DNA of 64,000 nt from the human T2T-CHM13v2.0 reference genome, Homo sapiens: assembly GCF_009914755.1 (NCBI RefSeq), contig NC_060948.1. The stretch is one strand, 5' to 3'. Under the pieces are notes generated by a model that had not been told where the DNA came from, did not search any database, and saw only the letters and a list, made by a program, of their open reading frames with translations. A program made the position numbers and the translations under genes. The stretch's first letter is position 1; each line of letters begins with the position of its first letter. This document shows positions 58,589-64,000 of this stretch, piece by piece.

Positions 58589-58705
58589 CTTTTTTTAAAG
58601 GGCAGGTAAGAGTTAACAGGAAATGGAGATTGGACATGCTGTTTCAGAGAAGTATAATCAGATAAACTGAAGGTAAACAAGGTATGCTATTGGTGTAAAA
58701 TTTTG

Positions 58706-59398
58706 AGAGAAAAGAAGAAAGAAAGAAGAAGAAGAAAAAGAAGAAGAAGAAGAGGGAAGAGGAGTGGGAGGAGGAGGAGTGGGAGGAGGAGGAGTGGGAG
58801 GAGGAGGGGGGAGGAGGCGGAGGGGGAGGAGGAGGGGGAGGAGGAGGGGGAGGGGGAGGAGGAGGGGGAGGGGAGGAGGAGGGGGCAGGAGGAGGAGTGG
58901 GAGGTGGAGGGGGTAGGAGGAGGAGGGGGAGGAGGGGGGAGGAGGAGGAGGGGGAGGAGGAGGGGGAGGAGGGGGGAGGAGGAGGAGGGGGAGGAGGAGG
59001 GGGAGGAGGAGGGGGAGGAGGAGGGGGAGGAGGCGGAGGGGGAGGAGGAGGGGGAGGAGGAGGGGGAGGGGGAGGAGGACGGGGAGGAGGAGGGGGAGGG
59101 GGAGGAGGACGGGGAGGAGGAGGGGGAGGGGGAGGAGGAGGGGGAGGAGGAGGAGTGGGGAGGAGGAGGGGGCAGGAGGAGGAGTGGGAGGTGGAGGGGG
59201 TAGGAGGAGGAGGGGGAGGAGGGGGGAGGAGGAGGAGGGGGAGGAGGAGGAGTGGGAGGAGGAGGGGGTAGGAGGAGGAAGAAGAAGAAGAAGAAGAAGA
59301 AGAAGAAGAAGCAACAGCAGCAGCAGCACAAGCAACAGCAGCAGCAGCGGAGGAGGAGGAGGAGGAGGAGGAGGAGGAAGAAAAAGGAGAGAGAGAGA
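58706..59398. repeat. Compound purine-rich low-complexity repeat: GAA-rich start, (GGA/GGG)n core, (GAA)11, (GCA)n, (GGA)n
   Basis: Read directly; source of the poly-P/poly-G/poly-E ORFs in the track. Confidence 0.97.
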
Positions 59399-59956
59399 TT
59401 TCCCCGTTGCCAAAATAAGGATTTTGCTTTACCTTCAACTGCTTAAGCTAAAGGTCTTTCTTTACATGGGATAATAGTTCACTGTAACACATCTGCCTGC
59501 AGTAGTTCTCTTCCTTTTTTGGCTGTCAGAAGGTGAGACTTTGCTCTCACTCTATTGGCACCTGTAACAGTGATACCAGAAATGGCAACTTTAAAGTATG
59601 ACGTAGTTGCCCAATTGTACGTCTCAGAACCTACTGAGGTGCTACACTGTCACAGGGGGCTTTAATTGTTGACAATTTAATTTCTAAAGATAAAAATTTG
59701 ATGATCAAAATAAAGAAAATAGTATATATATATATAGATAAAGAGGTAGATAAATATGGTATAATTTATCTTTTTTTTATAAACCAGCATACCCACACTC
59801 TTGGAGTTTATCTTTTATTACCATAATAGGAGTTCACACAATCTTGCATCTATAGTACCTTCATTTAAAGATTTGTTTGTTGGAACTGCAAAAAGAATTA
59901 TTTTCTATTAATTAATTATTACCTATTATCAATTTTTCATATGTTTCAAAAAACAG

Positions 59957-59957
<1 letters not shown>

Positions 59958-59988
<31 letters not shown>

Positions 59989-59989
59989 T
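59958..59989. repeat. Compound (TC)n(TG)n microsatellite
   Basis: Read directly. Confidence 0.93.
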
Positions 59990-60239
59990 AAATTTATTTT
60001 TAGGTAGAGAAAAAAGTAAGCATATTCATTCTAAGATAAGCAGCTAGAAGCTTCGTATGTACATGATCATATGTATATGTTAGGTGGTTCTCTGATGAAG
60101 ATAGGTCTATTTCTCCTAAGAAATTGCTTTGTCTTTTGTTTTTGACAGCATGTATAATTTATCTAATTATGTTGCTTTATTTGTCTTGTTTTCTGTGAAG
60201 CACAGAGCCAAAATTGTGGCCCAAATAAAGCAAGAAGAT

Positions 60240-60395
60240 TTGCAGTGCAAGCTGCTTCTTTCAAAGGGTCTGTGAATTCTTTTGGTGTTCTGGTATGTTC
60301 CTGTGGTGGTTCTTGGAGCAAACGTTTATGATGTGAGTCTCCACATGCTGTTCTGTCCTTCCAAGTGGGAGCAGCACATGAGTCCACCATTTTGC
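60240..60395 (-). mobile_element. L1PB(a)-type 5'UTR tip
   Basis: Minus strand ggacagaacagcatgtggagactcacatc...tttgctccaagaac...cacagaccctttgaa matches the remembered L1PBa 5' end. Confidence 0.65.
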
Positions 60396-60766
60396 TGGAT
60401 TATTTTTTCTATTCATTCTTTATTTATTATTTGCATTTCATTTTGGAAACCTTCTATTGACGAGTTTTGTCAATAGACATCAAGTCTTTGATTCTTTCCT
60501 CAGCTATCTCCAAGTTATTGATAAGGCCATCAAAGGCATTCTTCATTTCTGTTAAAAAGAATTTGGCAATCTTTAGATCTACATATATATATATTATTTT
60601 CTCAAGAGCTGAGCAAATTCTAATGGTATCTCTCTTTGAAAGGAATCAAATATTATTATTATTTGATGCACATATATTTCTCAAAAGGTCTTATTACCAT
60701 AGATTGGTGCTGTTAGGCTTAGGTATCCATGGCTCCTCAACTCATAGTCTCTCAATACTATGATAA

Positions 60767-61488
60767 TGTCAACTGAAGAATGATGAGGTTCATAAATTTG
60801 GAAAGAAAATCTTTATTTCCATAAGGGATTGCAGCCTGCAGAGTGGCTGTTGTGACAGGCTGGGAAGGCTAACCTCCAATCAGAAGCCAGAAACAAATAC
60901 TTAAAGGGTCGGAAGAATAAGACATGGATTTGTGCTGAATGAAGTGGCCAAATATACATATTCAGTAAGCTATAGGAGGAGGCATGAATATTTATGAAAG
61001 AAGAAATATGTGTATGTACAACTGAGCTTTATGCCTCTCCATGGGATCCATGTTCAAAAAATGGCAGTGTTGGCATATGAGGGTGGAGTTTTTGGCCCTC
61101 TGACATTAAAAGATGAAGTAGAGGACACAAAAACCCTCACTGTGCATCCTCCGTAGACTGTCCAGAACCATCCCATAGCTGGCAGTCTATTATTAGGAAG
61201 AAGTGCTGGTCTGTTGTTTTGTTAAAACCTCAAAAAGAGGGAGCAATATCAGGTACTTGGTTAAAACTAGCAGTGCAGCAAGTCTCTTGAAAGGTTTGGT
61301 TTCTGTTTAATCCTTAGAGAAGAAAGCCTATTGGTGGTTAGTGAGGGAGTGAAGGATTATAATAAGGAATGACGCCTTCCCATTGAGTCATGGCCAGAAA
61401 CTCAGGTTCCAAGGTTTCTTTGGGGATCCCTTGGCCAATAGGAGAGGTCATTCAATTGAATTATGGGCTTTTTTATTTTTATTTCTCA
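60767..61488 (-). mobile_element. ERV1 solo LTR, MER39-like
   Basis: TG...CA ends; minus strand tgagaaataaaaataaaa...ttggccaagggatcccc...aaaccttggaacctgagtttctggccatgac. Confidence 0.7.
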
Positions 61489-61574
61489 GTAGAATGGATC
61501 AGGCAGTAATCATTGTGGAAAATGTAGAAACTATGTCAAACTAAATGTTTAAGTACTACTACTATTAAGTAATA

Positions 61575-61790
61575 ATATCAAGGTCTTAAATCATGTGCTT
61601 ACCGTGTTCAAAGCACTAACATTTTATTCTCAAAACAAACATATGGGATAAACTTAACATCTCAAATTTAAGGGTTAGTAAACTGAAGCTTAAAGAGGTT
61701 AAGGAGGTTGTTCAATTTACACCATTAGGACATGATGGAACCAGTGGTACATGTGCCACCAATATCTGTCTTTAACTCTTATGTGATCCT
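61575..61790 (-). mobile_element. MIR fragment
   Basis: tgtgcttaccgtgttcaaagcact...gtaaactgaagcttaaagaggttaag core. Confidence 0.6.
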
Positions 61791-63310
61791 GACACAAATA
61801 TGTTTGTTTACAGATTCACCACATTGACACATACACTTTCATTGTGAATGGAACAAGAGGAAATAGAATTAAGACATCACAGACTGTTTCATAGAATCAC
61901 TATTTAAAAAAAAAATTCTGTAGCGTTACAGCTTTCCAAGACAATCAGTCATTCTTAACCAAGAGTCACATGGCTGCACCAGTAACACTTCATATCTTGA
62001 GTCCTAGAATGCAATTCTTATCCAAAGGATGACATAAGAAATCAGAATGGAATTTCTATTCTCAGTCACATCCATTGGCCTATGAATTGAAAATTTCATT
62101 TTCAGAAGGTAATTATATTCTCTTCTCAGGATTTATCTTTGAGGACAGTGTATACTTCTTAATTTATTTTAGTACAGACTCTCATTTCTAATCAGTAATG
62201 CTAATTTGGAGAGAAAAGAAGGTTTTCTTTGCAAGCATGGGGATTTTGATAGAAACGTCATACTTTTTTAAACTTTCCTAGACAATTTCAGCTTTTGTTT
62301 TTTTCTCTGAAGCAGATGGTATTGAGTGAAAAGTTCTATAATGCATTCATCATTACCCATTCACTGCTCATTGAGATGAGAGAGTGATGTACTTCATCAG
62401 AGGAAAGTACTCTACTGTCTAACTTACACTACCACTTTCAGGAGAAACAGTTAACTTCCTAGAAGAGGTGGTTAACCATATATGGGTGAACATATGTGTG
62501 CCTATAATTTTCTCCTTTTAAAATAACTTTCAGACAATTGTGGACCTTTATTTCATGACATTAATGTACTTTTACATCATTGACTAACAAAGAATGTAAT
62601 TTACAATTTTTATGTGAATGAGAACTCTAGTCCATCAATGCAATTACAATGCATCAATTATCCTTCCTGAATGTTAAGTACATCTCGCAAAAAATAGTAT
62701 TTTTACTTTTACTCTGTATAAATGAAAAATTTTGAAACAGTCCAAAATATGTCAGTATTCATTTGCATTAAAATAAGAGGATACAGTGTAGGCAACTAGA
62801 AAATATTTCCGATAAAAATATTCTAGTGACTTTAAAGCTGAATTGCAGGGATTTTAAGAAAAGAAAAATAATAATTTGTTGTGTTTATAACTACAACAAG
62901 AGATATGTTTAACCTATTTAGTTACTTCACTAAATAGCAATCATGCAAATAAGAATTCGAGGACACAATTTAGACTGAATATATGTTTTAACTACCAGGT
63001 GAACTGGCACAAGTTGTGAATACCACAAATAAAATATTGGCATTCTATAATTCTTTTAAATTAATAGAAAAATACATTTTATCTTTGAAGATTTATATTA
63101 TTTGGAAATAAAATATTTATAGTTATTTTTCACTTTGTATAATTGGAAAAATTGCCTTAATATGTGCTTATTATATGAGAGTGAACACTTTTTATTTCTC
63201 ACTGTGCTGTACTGAAAGTCAAAGATTTGCTATTGTGTGTATATATGTGTGTGTGTTTGTGTGTCTGTATTTTCTTAGGTCAAATTATTAATATTTAGTG
63301 TGCAAAAATT

Positions 63311-63668
63311 CCTGGATATAGAAAGCAGCAGAATGATTATCAGATCCTGGAAAGGGTAGTGGCGTGATTGAGGAAGTGGGAATGGTTAATGAGTACACAA
63401 AAATAGAAAGAATGAGTAAGACCTACTAATTGATAGAACAATAGGGTGACTATAGTCAATAATAACTGTACATTTTGAAAAAAACTAAAAGAGTGTAATT
63501 GGATTATTTGTATCACAAAGGATAAATGCTTGAGAGGATGGATACCCCATTCTCCATGATGTAATTATTTCACATTGCATGCCTGTATCAAAACATCTCA
63601 TGTACCCCATAAATATATTACACCTCCTACATACTCACAAAATTTAAAAATGAAAATTGAAATAAAAA
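63311..63668 (+). mobile_element. L1MA 3' end
   Basis: aatagggtgactatagtcaataataa...gatggataccccattctccatgatgt...tgtaccccataaatata; A-rich tail; aaaaattc on both flanks. Confidence 0.85.
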
Positions 63669-63789
63669 TTCTACATATCCAATTCAAAAGAGAAACAATG
63701 GAAGGCACATGTTTATAAAAAAAAAATCTCGGATTGAGAATGGAAATTAGAAAGTGATTCCCAAATAACTAGAGAAGTGGAGTTAAAAT

Positions 63790-63943
63790 ATTCCTAACAC
63801 AAAGAAATGATAAATGTTTGAGGTGACTTTTACCCCATTACCCTAATTTGATCATTTCCCGTTCTATGCTTTTATCAAAGTATAACATGTACCTGATAAA
63901 TGTGTGCAATTATTATATGCACATAAAAATAAAGAATAAAAAA
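63790..63943 (+). mobile_element. Second short L1MA 3' end
   Basis: acacaaagaaatgataaatgtttgaggtga...ttaccctaatttgatcatt...catgtacc; A-rich tail. Confidence 0.75.
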
Positions 63944-64000
63944 GGATTACCCCTTTTTAAAAAAGTTAAATGTATAATATTTCTCTTTGAGTACATTAAA

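Noticed and set aside
58590-58611. ttttttaaagggcag|gtaaga as a recursive splice site or 5-nt exon
   Set aside because: Competing AG 5 nt upstream and a short pyrimidine tract at an L1 boundary; weaker than the 38631 site.
58644-59474. Long ORFs (up to 264 aa) rich in P, G, E, L and S
   Set aside because: Stop-free translation of a low-complexity repeat in all frames; no splice or domain support.

Overview
Primate (human-like) AT-rich genomic DNA, almost entirely intronic. It holds one real coding exon on the + strand (34623-34821, 199 nt; [26 protein letters not shown]...DPES). I recognise this as the cytoplasmic-tail exon of protocadherin-11 (PCDH11X or its near-identical Y copy PCDH11Y; the two cannot be told apart here), carrying the PP1-binding RRVTF motif. 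The supplied ORF track misses this exon, and nearly all ORFs it lists are repeat-derived or chance frames. The rest is interspersed repeats (Alu/FAM/FLAM, L1PA/L1PB/L1M, L2, MIR, L3, MaLR and ERV1 solo LTRs, Tigger3, MER5, MER58) and simple repeats. Best leads: (1) an isolated CpG-rich 5'-only fragment of MKRN1 with an intact ATG, a 47-codon micro-ORF, ETS motifs and a splice-acceptor-like sequence; (2) two fold-back inverted repeats bracketing one Alu, one a perfect 39-bp stem; (3) a candidate poison exon 3.7 kb after the PCDH11 exon; (4) a ~690-bp almost pure purine tract with internal block duplication; (5) an apparent microhomology deletion junction inside nested repeats. I found no convincing evidence of a new multi-gene biological system. 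Repeat subfamily names come from remembered consensus sequences and are approximate.
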